NCBI GenBank assembly: GCA_038882975.1
Contig: JAVZNE010000001.1
Span: 32,001-96,000, forward strand
Direction of reading: 5' to 3'
Origin: Candidatus Bathyarchaeia archaeon
Lineage (GTDB): Archaea; Thermoproteota; Bathyarchaeia; Bathyarchaeales; Bathycorpusculaceae
Length of the DNA: 64,000 nt
The notes under the pieces were generated by a model, which saw only the letters and a program-made list of their open reading frames with translations, did not search any database and was not told the origin of the DNA. The translations under genes and the position numbers were made by a program. This document shows, piece by piece, positions 1 to 9,704 of this stretch. Each line of letters starts with the position of its first letter. Position 1 is the first letter of the stretch.

Positions 1-92
1 ACACTTGCCGAAGATGTGGCAAGCGCGTCTGCGAAGACTGCTATTTCCATCACGGAATTTGCATTGAATGTGCTAGGCTTTTAGGAAAGTAA
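1..92 (+). CDS. 3' end of a small Cys-rich zinc-finger protein (partial, starts upstream of window)
   Basis: Frame from nt 3 reads TCRRCGKRVCEDCYFHHGICIECARLLGK*, with three CxxC pairs; not in ORF track. Confidence 0.6.
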   Translation, partial: TCRRCGKRVCEDCYFHHGICIECARLLGK

Positions 93-854
93 TATCCTTT
101 CAGGAGCATTGTAGACGTTCATCCGCCATCCACGAACAAAACCTATCAGCGTTAAGTTCGTCTTTTTGGCGATTTCTATGCCGGAATCCAGCGCCACGGC
201 TAATGAGGCAATGATGGGTATGCCAACCCTTGCAGCTTTTAAGACTATGTCTGCTGTTAGCCTACCACTTAGGGTTATCAAACACTCATTGAAAGCCATC
301 TTTTGTAAGGCGCATTTTCCTATCGCCTTGTCCACTGCGTTGTGGCGTCCAACATCCTCGGCGAAAGCCAAAAGGGTTCCATCAGTCTTGTAAATGGCGG
401 CTGCATGCACTCCATGCGTTTTTCTGTAAGTTTCTGCTAGGCAGTTTAGTTTATTTACGCAGCTTTGAATCGTTTCAGCTTTAACGGTTGTCTTTGTGTC
501 GATCTTCTTTAGGGTTTTTAGGGCATGGGGCTGATAGGGTCCTCCGCATGCTGATGGAATTATTAAAGAGAACCGCTCCACAAGTTTTAGGCGAATTTTT
601 AGGTTTATATTTGGTTTCAGGTTTATGTAGCACTTGTCCTTTTTGATGGTTATTTTTTCGATTTCTTCAACAGTTTTAATTATGCCCTCTGCAAGTAGGT
701 GTCCAACAGCCAGCTCCTTGAGGTCTTTCGGGGTGCACATTATTGTGGAGTAGTGTCTTTTGTTTAAGAATATGTGGATGTGCTTTTCTTCAGCCACATA
801 CTCTTCGGTTTTCTCAAGTTTCTTGGCTTCCATATCAATTTTGACTATCGCCAC
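81..854 (-). CDS. fdhD: Formate dehydrogenase accessory sulfurtransferase FdhD
   Basis: TxGVHAAA, EDVGRHNAVDKAIG, SGR and TLIGFVR motifs. Confidence 0.93.
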   Translation of the reverse strand: MAIVKIDMEAKKLEKTEEYVAEEKHIHIFLNKRHYSTIMCTPKDLKELAVGHLLAEGIIKTVEEIEKITIKKDKCYINLKPNINLKIRLKLVERFSLIIPSACGGPYQPHALKTLKKIDTKTTVKAETIQSCVNKLNCLAETYRKTHGVHAAAIYKTDGTLLAFAEDVGRHNAVDKAIGKCALQKMAFNECLITLSGRLTADIVLKAARVGIPIIASLAVALDSGIEIAKKTNLTLIGFVRGWRMNVYNAPERILLS

Positions 855-887
855 CTTTGCTAAATTGGATACCCCCTCTATTTTTTC
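832..887 (+). repeat. Dispersed dyad+CCCCTCTA element, copy overlapping the fdhD start and the RimK-family stop
   Basis: atatcaattttg-N16-ctaaattggataccccctctattttttc aligns with copies at 41704 and 53150. Confidence 0.55.
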
Positions 888-1756
888 AGCTCCGAAAGCA
901 CAAAATTGACTATCTCATCTGCAATGTTGACCTGCGTGACGGACTGCAAGCCACGCCATCCAGGTTGGCTGTTAACCTCCACCACTAGTGGACCTTTTGC
1001 GCTTTCTAGGATGTCCACTCCTGCAATTTTGCATTTTATCAGTTGGGCAGACCTTATGGCTAATTCCTCAAGCTGGCTGTCAAGTTTTATTGGTTCTGGG
1101 CGGGCTCCTTGGCTGTAATTAGTTTTCCAGCTTTGGGCGACACGGCGCATGGCGGCGACCACATGGTCGCCTATAACGAAGGCGCGAATGTCAGAATATC
1201 CATGAGGCACAAACTCCTGAATGTAAATTACGCCATGATAGAAAGTTACAGCTCTAAAGGCTGTGTAAGCTACTTCTGGGTCGTTTATGCGTGTTGAGCC
1301 AATCCCCCTAGAGCCGAAAATGGGCTTTAAAACAACGTCTCCGCCAAGCTCATGAAAAGCCTTCAAGGCTTCATCAACATCCTCAGTAACAGCGGTTCGC
1401 GGCACTGGTATGCCAGCATCCTCCAAAATCGCCAGCAAATCGTACTTGTCAACGCAATGCTCGATGGCTTCTGGCGGGTTTATAACGTAGAAGCCGAGCC
1501 TTTCAAGCCGATACAGCAGGTCCATGCGGAAAACAATCTCCTCCAAAGAGCCGCGCCCAATTGGACGAATTATTAGGGCGTCCAAGTCTTTCAAGACATC
1601 GACGCTGCGCACGTTTAGGTAGGGCCTATAACCAACACGCGCAACAAGCCACGGAAAGCTGAAACAGACATGGGGAATTTTGCGCTTTGACAATGCCTCA
1701 CGAAGCTGAGCTGAACTATAAGCGTTTGGGTTTCGCGTGACTATGCCAATTTTCAA
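878..1756 (-). CDS. mptN: RimK-family ATP-grasp alpha-L-glutamate ligase (probable H4MPT:glutamate ligase, MptN-like)
   Basis: DK..., VLKPIFGSRG, YIQEF, DIRAFV, WKTNxSQG, GVD, EVNSQPGW; lies near mch/fwd. Substrate is inferred from context. Confidence 0.75.
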   Translation of the reverse strand: MKIGIVTRNPNAYSSAQLREALSKRKIPHVCFSFPWLVARVGYRPYLNVRSVDVLKDLDALIIRPIGRGSLEEIVFRMDLLYRLERLGFYVINPPEAIEHCVDKYDLLAILEDAGIPVPRTAVTEDVDEALKAFHELGGDVVLKPIFGSRGIGSTRINDPEVAYTAFRAVTFYHGVIYIQEFVPHGYSDIRAFVIGDHVVAAMRRVAQSWKTNYSQGARPEPIKLDSQLEELAIRSAQLIKCKIAGVDILESAKGPLVVEVNSQPGWRGLQSVTQVNIADEIVNFVLSELKK

Positions 1757-1832
1757 TTTTATCCGTCCTAGTCAGCCTTGCCATGAAATCCTCCTTGGCT
1801 AGGTTCTTAAAAGTTTCCCACACTATAAAATC

Positions 1833-2765
1833 CTAGAATTTATGAATGTTTTTCATGAGTTCTCCTAAGTTTTGTGGTTTTTGAGAAAGTTCCAGCTTCA
1901 AGTATGCACCATGCTGATTATAGTATGGCGGCCCCTTTCTTGAGAAGAGTGTTAAAACTTTTCCGTTGTGTTCTATTTTGTAGCCCTCTTCGCATGGCTC
2001 GTGTCCCCTTATCAGAAATTTAACGCCAAAATTTTGCAGAACAGTGTCGGTCACTTTTTGTCCGAAGAGTTTTCCCGCGCCGCGGGGCGATGCGCATGTT
2101 TCGCTTATGGCGTTTGTTGGGTCGCTCCAAAGTAGGTCCTCCAGTAGGCTTTCTTTAGGGTGTCTCTCGTGGGCGTAGGCTAAATCTTCAAGGCTTCTTG
2201 CCTGCGGTGGCAGGCCACCGTGAACCATCAGGTAGCGTTCCTCAACAACCACAGCGTTATATAAGCATTTGAAAAGTTTGAAGGTTTCCTTGTAGGCTTC
2301 TTGCCACGAGTTGCCAAATTTTGCTTGGAACTGCCATGGCAGGTCGTGGGGCGAAGCCAAAAGGTCTTCTGGCCCCTCATGGTTTCCCCTCATTAGGATT
2401 ATCTGCCTTGGAAAATGCAGCTTAAGCTTTAAGATTATGTAGTAGACCTCGGCGGATAATGGTCCTCTGTCCCCATAATCGCCTAGAAAAATCATGGCTG
2501 TGTTTGCGTTTTGGTTTAGCTTGATTAGGAAATTGCTTCTGGTTAAGATTTCTATTAGGCTTTCTAAGTCGCCGTGCAAATCCCCAACAACCAACGCCTC
2601 GCCAACTGGCAAAAGCTTAACAAGCCTCCCTAAAACCTCAAAATTACCCATTTTACCATTTTCTTTACAAATTAGCTCCCTAGCCTCTTGGACAACACGG
2701 CAGAAATCTTCAGCTGAAGCTTCGAAGGCTTCTTTGACTATTTGTTTAAGGTTTAGCTCTTGCAA
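1833..2765 (-). CDS. PPP-family Ser/Thr protein phosphatase (PP1/PP2A-like metallophosphoesterase)
   Basis: GDLHG, GDYGDRG, RGNHE, HGG, DLLWSDP, SPRGAG, RGHE, LTLFS motifs. Confidence 0.9.
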   Translation of the reverse strand: MQELNLKQIVKEAFEASAEDFCRVVQEARELICKENGKMGNFEVLGRLVKLLPVGEALVVGDLHGDLESLIEILTRSNFLIKLNQNANTAMIFLGDYGDRGPLSAEVYYIILKLKLHFPRQIILMRGNHEGPEDLLASPHDLPWQFQAKFGNSWQEAYKETFKLFKCLYNAVVVEERYLMVHGGLPPQARSLEDLAYAHERHPKESLLEDLLWSDPTNAISETCASPRGAGKLFGQKVTDTVLQNFGVKFLIRGHEPCEEGYKIEHNGKVLTLFSRKGPPYYNQHGAYLKLELSQKPQNLGELMKNIHKF

Positions 2766-2775
2766 AATCGCTTCC

Positions 2776-4032
2776 TCAAACTTCTATGGCTATTTCAACT
2801 TTTTTCCCAGAAAAGTTTAGGATGTTCCTCTCCATGCGACTTTTATACTCAAGAACTTTTGCGGCGACATCCTTTAAGCCTTTTTCAGCTGCATCCATTT
2901 CAGCTTCTAAGTTTTCAGCCTTCTTCTTCAGCCTATCCATATGCTCTTTTAGTTTTGCCATTTCACTTTTGGCTTCAGTCAGAGTTGAGGATGCCGAAAG
3001 TTTGGCTTTACGCTGATGGGCTTCCACACATTTTTGATGCAAGCTTGCAAGTGAATCCTTACTGAGAATTTCTTCTATGGCTTGTCTTGCTTTACGCTCT
3101 TTATCCGGCTTAAGTTTGAGCTTGTCATCCGCCATAAGCCTCAGGGTTTTCTGCAAAATCTGCCTTAAAAGCGGATAACCCACATTTTCCATGGCTAAAG
3201 CCTCAAAAGAATCTTCCAAATACTGGTTAAGCTTTTTCAACTCTTCTGGTGTCAAGCCGCTTCCCTCACCGTGAGAAGCCAATGACTGAAGCTTTATGAG
3301 GGGCTTTTGAAGGTGCCTTAGGCAATATTCAACTTCTCTTCTTAAGCCGTTTATTGCTTTGTCCAACTCTGCCAAGTGGCTTAAACCGCCACTTTCCTCA
3401 AGTTCAAAGATTCTCCGTTGAACGCTAACTAATTCTTCCTCAATTTTCCCCCGTTCAGCTTCAACCCTCTTCCTCTTCTCTTTTAGGTTTGCCGCTTGCT
3501 CCTTCAATCTATTAACATCATCTATAAGCTGGAAGGTTTCCTCTAAGGCTTTAGCTTTAACATACTCTTTTGTTAGAAACTCGTTAAGCTCCTTGAGTGA
3601 GCCTTTAGCACCTTCAAAAGCCCTTAAGAATCTGCCTCTATCCATTATGAAGAAGGGCGAAATCCTTGGAAACCAGTTTCTCACGTCAACATCCGTGACG
3701 GCGTAAGCCTTCTGGGCTGTGTTAACAAAACCTTCAACGTCCTTAAAGGATGGCTTATCGGGAACCCTAATCGGCTGCATCCTTTCGAGGAAAATTTTGG
3801 CAAGCTTGTTTAGGGCTTGAGCCCTCTTAAAAGTGCGCATATTACGCTTCTCAATCTCTTTACGGCTGCTCTCTAAAAGCATACGGCAAGCATCAACCAA
3901 ACCTTGATGGGCTTCTCGCACCTCGCTGAGAAGCCTCTCAGCCTTGGCATGCACCGGACCGAGAACAGCGCTAGTTTCGCCCTCGAGCCAGCCCCTAAGC
4001 TCATTGAAAGCGATTTTAAGGCTTGTTGACAA
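2776..4032 (-). CDS. Long coiled-coil hypothetical protein
   Basis: E/K/R-rich heptad pattern; ORF track start 4230 overlaps the divergent gene, so the TTG at 4032 after GGGAG is preferred. Confidence 0.75.
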   Translation of the reverse strand: MSTSLKIAFNELRGWLEGETSAVLGPVHAKAERLLSEVREAHQGLVDACRMLLESSRKEIEKRNMRTFKRAQALNKLAKIFLERMQPIRVPDKPSFKDVEGFVNTAQKAYAVTDVDVRNWFPRISPFFIMDRGRFLRAFEGAKGSLKELNEFLTKEYVKAKALEETFQLIDDVNRLKEQAANLKEKRKRVEAERGKIEEELVSVQRRIFELEESGGLSHLAELDKAINGLRREVEYCLRHLQKPLIKLQSLASHGEGSGLTPEELKKLNQYLEDSFEALAMENVGYPLLRQILQKTLRLMADDKLKLKPDKERKARQAIEEILSKDSLASLHQKCVEAHQRKAKLSASSTLTEAKSEMAKLKEHMDRLKKKAENLEAEMDAAEKGLKDVAAKVLEYKSRMERNILNFSGKKVEIAIEV

Positions 4033-4165
4033 AGCTTCTCCCAAATAAAGATAGACAAAAGCCATATTAATCTTTAAAGTTAAAAATGTACTTATTTTTA
4101 AGTAGCTACTCTTAAATAATAATTGCGAAGATTCTCGTAACGGAAGGGGCAAGGAGCAGCAAACA

Positions 4166-4735
4166 ATGATAAAACGGGTTAAGATAAGTGCCAAAACAAT
4201 AGCAGTTATAGCCATATTCGCCGCACTCACAATCGCGTTTAATCTTTCTCCAATAAAAATACCAGCACCTTACGCGCCATACTTAATATATCAAGTGTGG
4301 GAAATTCCAATAGTTACAGCGTTCCTTCTTTACGGCTTCTTAGTCGGAATAGCCATCGCGGTACTAAATACGCTTGTATTACTCATGGTCTTTCCGGGCA
4401 TGCTGTTAACTGGTCCACTTTATAATTTGGCGGCGGTAATCAGCATGCTTATAGGTATCGCCATACCGAAAGTTATTCATAAAAACCCTAAAGCGAGCAA
4501 GCAGACACTAGCGGTTGTGCTTACGGCTTTCGGAATAGTTTTTAGGGTGGGAATTATGACAGTGGTAAACTGGGCTTTTCTTCGTTTTCCACCGCCAGTT
4601 GGATTTGGAATGCCAGAGTCGGCGATAATTATGTCTCTTCCGTTTATCGCGCTTTTTAATGCTACTTTAGCCCTTTACACTATCCCGTTAGGTTACGTCA
4701 TAGCAGAAGCAATAAAGCTCCATGCTAAGGTTTGA
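4166..4735 (+). CDS. ECF transporter S component (substrate unknown)
   Basis: About 190 aa with ~6 hydrophobic helices; AxxxA helix 1, P..PYL..xxWEIP...G pattern. Confidence 0.8.
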   Translation: MIKRVKISAKTIAVIAIFAALTIAFNLSPIKIPAPYAPYLIYQVWEIPIVTAFLLYGFLVGIAIAVLNTLVLLMVFPGMLLTGPLYNLAAVISMLIGIAIPKVIHKNPKASKQTLAVVLTAFGIVFRVGIMTVVNWAFLRFPPPVGFGMPESAIIMSLPFIALFNATLALYTIPLGYVIAEAIKLHAKV

Positions 4736-5705
4736 GGTTAAAATTAGAAATTAGGGCTTCTATCAATATTTTCGGGTTAACTTCTCCCGCGGTAAACGTC
4801 TTGCCTGTTTTCAAGTTGTTTATGGTTATTTTTGCTGGTGCGAATATGTTTGGGTCTATTTTGTAGAAGTCGTATTTGGCGGCTTTGAAAATTTCCAGGA
4901 AGGGTTTCCCATAGTCTTTTGATGCTTTTGATGGTGCTTTCTCCACTATTTTGGCGAGTCCCTCTTCGTTTTCGTAGTCGACTATGTAGTTGGTTATGCC
5001 TCCATATAGGATGGCGTCGTTGGTTCGTGCCATGGCTTTGACAAATTTTGGGTGGGTTGGCGGTATGGGAGCACATCCCCAAGCATAAAGGATGGCGTTT
5101 GGGTTGAAGCCCAACTTTGTAAGCTTGTGGATTCCCGTCTCAACTATTCTTCCAGCTACTTGTGTTGCCCCGGCTAGGCTTGCCGTCGGAGTTAATATTA
5201 AAGCCAAATTTTCGCATTGAACGTGGCAGTCTTCAGCTAACCTCCGCATAAGCCTTTCTGGCGGCACTTTGTCGGTTTCTAAGACCACTATGGCTTTATC
5301 AAATTCGTCTTTATAGCCTATCTTCTCATAGATTTCCTTTGGTTTTTGGGCTAGGGCTCTTGCCGGACCAGAGCCTATGGCGAAATATTCGCCCTCCTTA
5401 ATGTTCCATCCTGCGAACTGGGAGCCCAGAGTGGCTATTGCCGGGTGGTCTGTGTAAACAAATATTGCTGGAAGCTCGAATTCACCGTACCGCTCAAAGC
5501 CTATTTTGGCTTTTCCACATCCACCCATACAGATTTCCGTTATAACCTTGCCAGTTTGAAAGCCACCCTTAGCCTTTATTCCAGCATCCACAACTGTGGC
5601 GCCGCAATCAGCCTTTTCAACCTTCACGCCGTAGTATTCCGAGTTTTCGCAGAGCTTTTCCAATAGTTTCCATGCCAAACGGTTTACACTTAAACCACCA
5701 TTCAT
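4725..5705 (-). CDS. mch: Methenyltetrahydromethanopterin cyclohydrolase
   Basis: LSVN, ICMGG, LGSQFAGW, GSGPARAL, RIVET, TNDAILYGG, FAPA motifs. Confidence 0.96.
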   Translation of the reverse strand: MNGGLSVNRLAWKLLEKLCENSEYYGVKVEKADCGATVVDAGIKAKGGFQTGKVITEICMGGCGKAKIGFERYGEFELPAIFVYTDHPAIATLGSQFAGWNIKEGEYFAIGSGPARALAQKPKEIYEKIGYKDEFDKAIVVLETDKVPPERLMRRLAEDCHVQCENLALILTPTASLAGATQVAGRIVETGIHKLTKLGFNPNAILYAWGCAPIPPTHPKFVKAMARTNDAILYGGITNYIVDYENEEGLAKIVEKAPSKASKDYGKPFLEIFKAAKYDFYKIDPNIFAPAKITINNLKTGKTFTAGEVNPKILIEALISNFNLKP

Positions 5706-5723
5706 TGGCTGTACTCTCCTATT

Positions 5724-6551
5724 TTAGAGAAGCTTTTCATAATGGCTTAAATGGGGGTTTGGCTCCTTAGCCACATAAAGCTTGCCCCTACCATTTTCCG
5801 TTAAGTCTCCAAGGAAGAGGTAGAAGGGCGCTTCCACCACTTCGCCCTCTTCGATTTTAACCTTCTTTCTCACACCTTCAATTGTAAATGTGGGGAGAAC
5901 CGACTCTAAAAAGCCGCCAACAATTATTGTTCCATCCGTCATGCATGCCCCAGTCCTTCCGCCGCAGTCTTTCTGCACATAGATTGTGCCACCATGCATT
6001 CTGAAGCCCGCAAACTGTCCGGCATTTCCATAAATTTTTATTAAGCCTTTCTTCATGTGGGCTCCGGCTTCATTTCCAACATTTCCATGCACAATTATTT
6101 TTCCGCCTTTCATGCCTTCTGTGCTTCCACGGTATGGTGCACCCAGATAGTCGCCAGCGTTTCCGTGGATTTCTATTGTTCCACCCTTCATCATTGAGCC
6201 AGCCCAGCCCAAAACATTGCCGTAAACGGTTATTTTTCCGCCTCTCATTTCTTCGCCTAAATGCATGCCAGCGTCGCCTTTAACAACTATTTCGCCGCTT
6301 CTCATGCCGGCGCCTATTCGCCTTACATGGCTAACATTTCCATGAATTGTTATCACAGTTGCTTCTGAGGCGCCTTTCTCCTTTGTCACTTCAACTTTGA
6401 AGAGTTCTCCAAGCCTTTTCTGCTTGTTCCCTTCCCAAACCTCCAGCTTTTCAATTTCTTTCGGCTTTTTCCCTTGGAAAATATCTGGGTTTATGCAGTC
6501 AGCCATTATTGGCAGTTTAAACTCTTTTAATGGGTATAAGTTCACAATCAT
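5724..6551 (-). CDS. fwdC: Formylmethanofuran dehydrogenase subunit C
   Basis: Repeated GxxMxGG beta-helix motif; coupled to fwdA. Confidence 0.95.
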   Translation of the reverse strand: MIVNLYPLKEFKLPIMADCINPDIFQGKKPKEIEKLEVWEGNKQKRLGELFKVEVTKEKGASEATVITIHGNVSHVRRIGAGMRSGEIVVKGDAGMHLGEEMRGGKITVYGNVLGWAGSMMKGGTIEIHGNAGDYLGAPYRGSTEGMKGGKIIVHGNVGNEAGAHMKKGLIKIYGNAGQFAGFRMHGGTIYVQKDCGGRTGACMTDGTIIVGGFLESVLPTFTIEGVRKKVKIEEGEVVEAPFYLFLGDLTENGRGKLYVAKEPNPHLSHYEKLL

Positions 6552-8242
6552 TAAACATCAGCCTTCACGGTTATTGGTTGAGAAATTGCCAAATAATCCT
6601 CACTTACGGGGTAATTCTCAAACTCAACAGTCCAATACTCTTTGAATCGCCTTTTCATTTCCTCTGTTATTTTTGCCTCTTCGCTGGTTTGCACGTCTAG
6701 CCACATGGTTGCTCCTTCAATGTGTTTTAGGACTTCTCCGTCCTTAACAACCACTTGCCCACTTTTGATGGTGTAGGCTGCCCTTTTGAAAGCCCTCCTC
6801 AAAGCCTTATACTTCTTCGACGGGTCCATGGTTTCCGGATTAAAGTTGTATATGGCTATGTCTGCGTCTGCGCCAACGCCCAAGTGTCCCTTGTTTTTAA
6901 GCCCTAGGGCTTTTGCTTGCCCCGCCCTTGTCACTATGGCTATTTCATAGAAGCCTAATTCACGGTCTATTGTTGGGAGGAGGCTTCTGCTTCTGGCTTT
7001 TGAATTAATCTTTTTCAGCGTGGCTTCTCTGGCTTTTCTGCTCATAAGCCAAGCCACAATCCTCGGATAAGCGATAAATGGTCCACCGTTGGGGTGGTCC
7101 GTTGTCATTAAGATTTTCCACGGGTCTTTAATTAGGAGGACTAGTTCCAGCCCAATAGACCATTGTGTTGCGTGAACGTAGCTTTTCCTCTTATAGTGGA
7201 ATGGCACAATTCCGGCGCTTGTTTCTGTTTCAACGTCGTGGTTCACCCACTTGTTTCCGCTTAAAGTGTAGAGTATGTATTGGAATGGGCCGTCAGCCGT
7301 CATTGTTGTGGTGTCTGTGAATATTACTTGCCCCATGTCCATTGTCACATGGGAGTGTGCATTAACGTAGTTGGCTATTTCCTCCGCTCCGGATTCGAAG
7401 GTTCTCCAGTCGTCGCCTTTGAAGGCGCTGAACTGGCAGTGGGTTATGTGAATTACTGGCTTATTGTCTTCGGCTAAATCCTCCACACATTTCATTGTTT
7501 CCAAGGCTGTCACATAGTTGCCCGGCTTCCCAAGGTTGTTTGTGTGCACGTGGATTGTGTGTGGCAGGTTTAGAAGCTTATTAACTTTGCACAATCCGCG
7601 GATGATCTCGCGGGGTGTAATCCCGAAATATGGGACTGGGTCGTCTATGTTTTTTACGTTGCGCCCAAAGCCCCAAGCCTCAAGCCCTCCTGGGTTGACA
7701 AGCTTTATCGCGTAGCCCTTAGTCGCCTTAATCATCCATGCCACGTGGCGGGCGCACTCCTCTATTTTGCCGTCCCTCAAATATTCGAGGACAAACCACC
7801 AGTCGCCTATCAGTGGATAACTAGACTTATCAATTATTGGCGTGTCGCTTAACTCTTCATGGGTGTGTTTCGCCTCCAGTGGTGGCATGGCTGGGTCCAT
7901 AACTGTTGTCCAGCCCATCCTAGCGTAACGGTAGCCGGTTGTAAAAGTGGATGGAATAGAATAGCCCACACCAGACCTTGTTACGGCTGTTTTGCGTTCA
8001 AAATCCTTAAAGTGGTCTTCTGGGCGTAAAAGCCTACCGGAGTTCACTTTTCCTCCAGCTATGTGGCTGTGGATGTCAACCCCGCCTGGCATGACAACCA
8101 TTCCGGAGGCATCAATCTTCTTTGCTCTTCGCTCGTTGACTTTCTCAACTATTTTGCCGTCTTTTATGGCTATGTCCATTTTTTCTCCGTCAACACCGTT
8201 AATTGGGTCGTAAACGAAGCCGTTTTTTATTAGAAGCTCCAT
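6551..8242 (-). CDS. fwdA: Formylmethanofuran dehydrogenase subunit A
   Basis: DIHSH, KLVNPGG, HxHTNNLG, TTDHPNGGPF amidohydrolase motifs. Confidence 0.97.
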   Translation of the reverse strand: MELLIKNGFVYDPINGVDGEKMDIAIKDGKIVEKVNERRAKKIDASGMVVMPGGVDIHSHIAGGKVNSGRLLRPEDHFKDFERKTAVTRSGVGYSIPSTFTTGYRYARMGWTTVMDPAMPPLEAKHTHEELSDTPIIDKSSYPLIGDWWFVLEYLRDGKIEECARHVAWMIKATKGYAIKLVNPGGLEAWGFGRNVKNIDDPVPYFGITPREIIRGLCKVNKLLNLPHTIHVHTNNLGKPGNYVTALETMKCVEDLAEDNKPVIHITHCQFSAFKGDDWRTFESGAEEIANYVNAHSHVTMDMGQVIFTDTTTMTADGPFQYILYTLSGNKWVNHDVETETSAGIVPFHYKRKSYVHATQWSIGLELVLLIKDPWKILMTTDHPNGGPFIAYPRIVAWLMSRKAREATLKKINSKARSRSLLPTIDRELGFYEIAIVTRAGQAKALGLKNKGHLGVGADADIAIYNFNPETMDPSKKYKALRRAFKRAAYTIKSGQVVVKDGEVLKHIEGATMWLDVQTSEEAKITEEMKRRFKEYWTVEFENYPVSEDYLAISQPITVKADV

Positions 8243-8243
8243 T

Positions 8244-9701
8244 TTAGGCAGCCTCCCCCATCTTCTTTTTTATCCGCCTAACTTCAGCCAGTATCCGCCT
8301 CAAAATCTCCTCGTCTGGGAGGATGCCCCTCGGCGGGTTCACCACCTTCTTTAGGGGTATGGGCACGTGGTCCATTCGGTAGGCTGTTCCAGAGGCTTCT
8401 ATGCCAACAAAAGCCGATGGAATGAGCACGTCAGCCATTTGGGCTGTCACATTCATATGGGGGTCAATAACTATTAGGGGATTTTCCACAAGATGTTCAG
8501 CAGCCTTTCTTGGAAAGTTTGAAACTGGGTCTGAAGCCACTATTAGGGCGGCGTCGGACTCCTTCCGAAGCAAAACATCAACAACAGAAGTTTCGCCCGG
8601 ATTATACCGTGGATAGCCAAGGGAGAAGTCCACCGCGTATGGGTAGCCCGTCTGCCAAGTGAAAACAGTGTTGGCGCCGGTCACGTTAAAGTGTCCCCGC
8701 ATTGGCATTATGACGAATTTTGTCCGCATGTTTAGGTCCCGCACCAATGAAAGCGCTGCGTCTATGTTTCGCAGTTTGCCACTGCTCATTGTTAAGCCAA
8801 GCCCAAAGAACAGGGCGCCAAAATCGCAGCTTACCATGGCGTCGGCAACCTCCTCCAAATACTCTACTGGAACACCAGCCACTTTGTCAACTTCAAGCTC
8901 TTGGTCTCGGATCAACGCCCTAAAAGCCTGTAAAAGCTCATAGTCCTTGTTGGGTTCAACTTGCACGAAGTAGTCTGCAATTTCAGCCGACTTTGTCCGC
9001 CTAACATCAATCACTATAAGTTTTCTGCCTTCCTTGGTTATTGACGGGTAGGGCTTATACTCTGAAACTGGTGGGGGAACCGGCGCCGGCTTTTTGAAGA
9101 AGAGCCTTTTTATGGCGCTTTGAATCTTTTTCTGCCCAACCAAAGCCTTAACCTTGTTTACGTAGCTTCTCCATGCACTTTTCTCGAATCTTCCCTCTGA
9201 GAAGGCTGTATAACGCTCTATGTGCCTTGGATGGGCGCTCCAAGGGTTGCTTCCCCAATAAACTATTAGGTCGGCCCTATGCCTAATCTGTCCCAAAGTG
9301 CATGATGGAATTCCCACGTCTTGGATGCTCAAAATTGATGGTCCATGGCAGACAACGGAGGTGTTGTCTATTACTCCGCCAACTTCTTCGGCTAGTTCTA
9401 TGCCTACACTTATGGCTTCACAGCTTGTGTTACTCCAGCCGTAAAGCACTGGATAGTTGGCTTCAGCCAAGATTTCGGCAGCCCTTCTAACAGCCTCTTT
9501 GAGGGTTGTCTTGACAAGTTCGCCGTTCTTCCTTATCATGGGCTTCAAAACCCGATGCTCGCCGCAGTATCCCAAAAACTTGGCTTCACACATGGCGCAG
9601 CCATTCTTAACCTTAACTATACGCCCATTTTCAATGGTTAGTTCTATATCGTCGCATAGGCTTCCACAAACAGGACAAGTCACAGCCTTAACAACTGGCA
9701 T
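8244..9701 (-). CDS. fwdB: Formylmethanofuran dehydrogenase subunit B (Cys-type, with an internal insertion)
   Basis: CPxCGxLCDD, VCHGP, CTLG, HPRH, PMRGHFNV, GTAYRMD. Confidence 0.96.
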   Translation of the reverse strand: MPVVKAVTCPVCGSLCDDIELTIENGRIVKVKNGCAMCEAKFLGYCGEHRVLKPMIRKNGELVKTTLKEAVRRAAEILAEANYPVLYGWSNTSCEAISVGIELAEEVGGVIDNTSVVCHGPSILSIQDVGIPSCTLGQIRHRADLIVYWGSNPWSAHPRHIERYTAFSEGRFEKSAWRSYVNKVKALVGQKKIQSAIKRLFFKKPAPVPPPVSEYKPYPSITKEGRKLIVIDVRRTKSAEIADYFVQVEPNKDYELLQAFRALIRDQELEVDKVAGVPVEYLEEVADAMVSCDFGALFFGLGLTMSSGKLRNIDAALSLVRDLNMRTKFVIMPMRGHFNVTGANTVFTWQTGYPYAVDFSLGYPRYNPGETSVVDVLLRKESDAALIVASDPVSNFPRKAAEHLVENPLIVIDPHMNVTAQMADVLIPSAFVGIEASGTAYRMDHVPIPLKKVVNPPRGILPDEEILRRILAEVRRIKKKMGEAA

Positions 9702-9704
9702 CCA

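Noticed and set aside
1833-4032. Mre11/Rad50 (SbcCD) pair
   Set aside because: The coiled-coil protein lacks Walker A/B and a Zn-hook CxxC, and the phosphoesterase has PPP-phosphatase motifs rather than Mre11 motifs
9340-9355. Selenocysteine in FwdB
   Set aside because: The active-site codon is TGC (Cys) in VCHGP; there is no in-frame TGA
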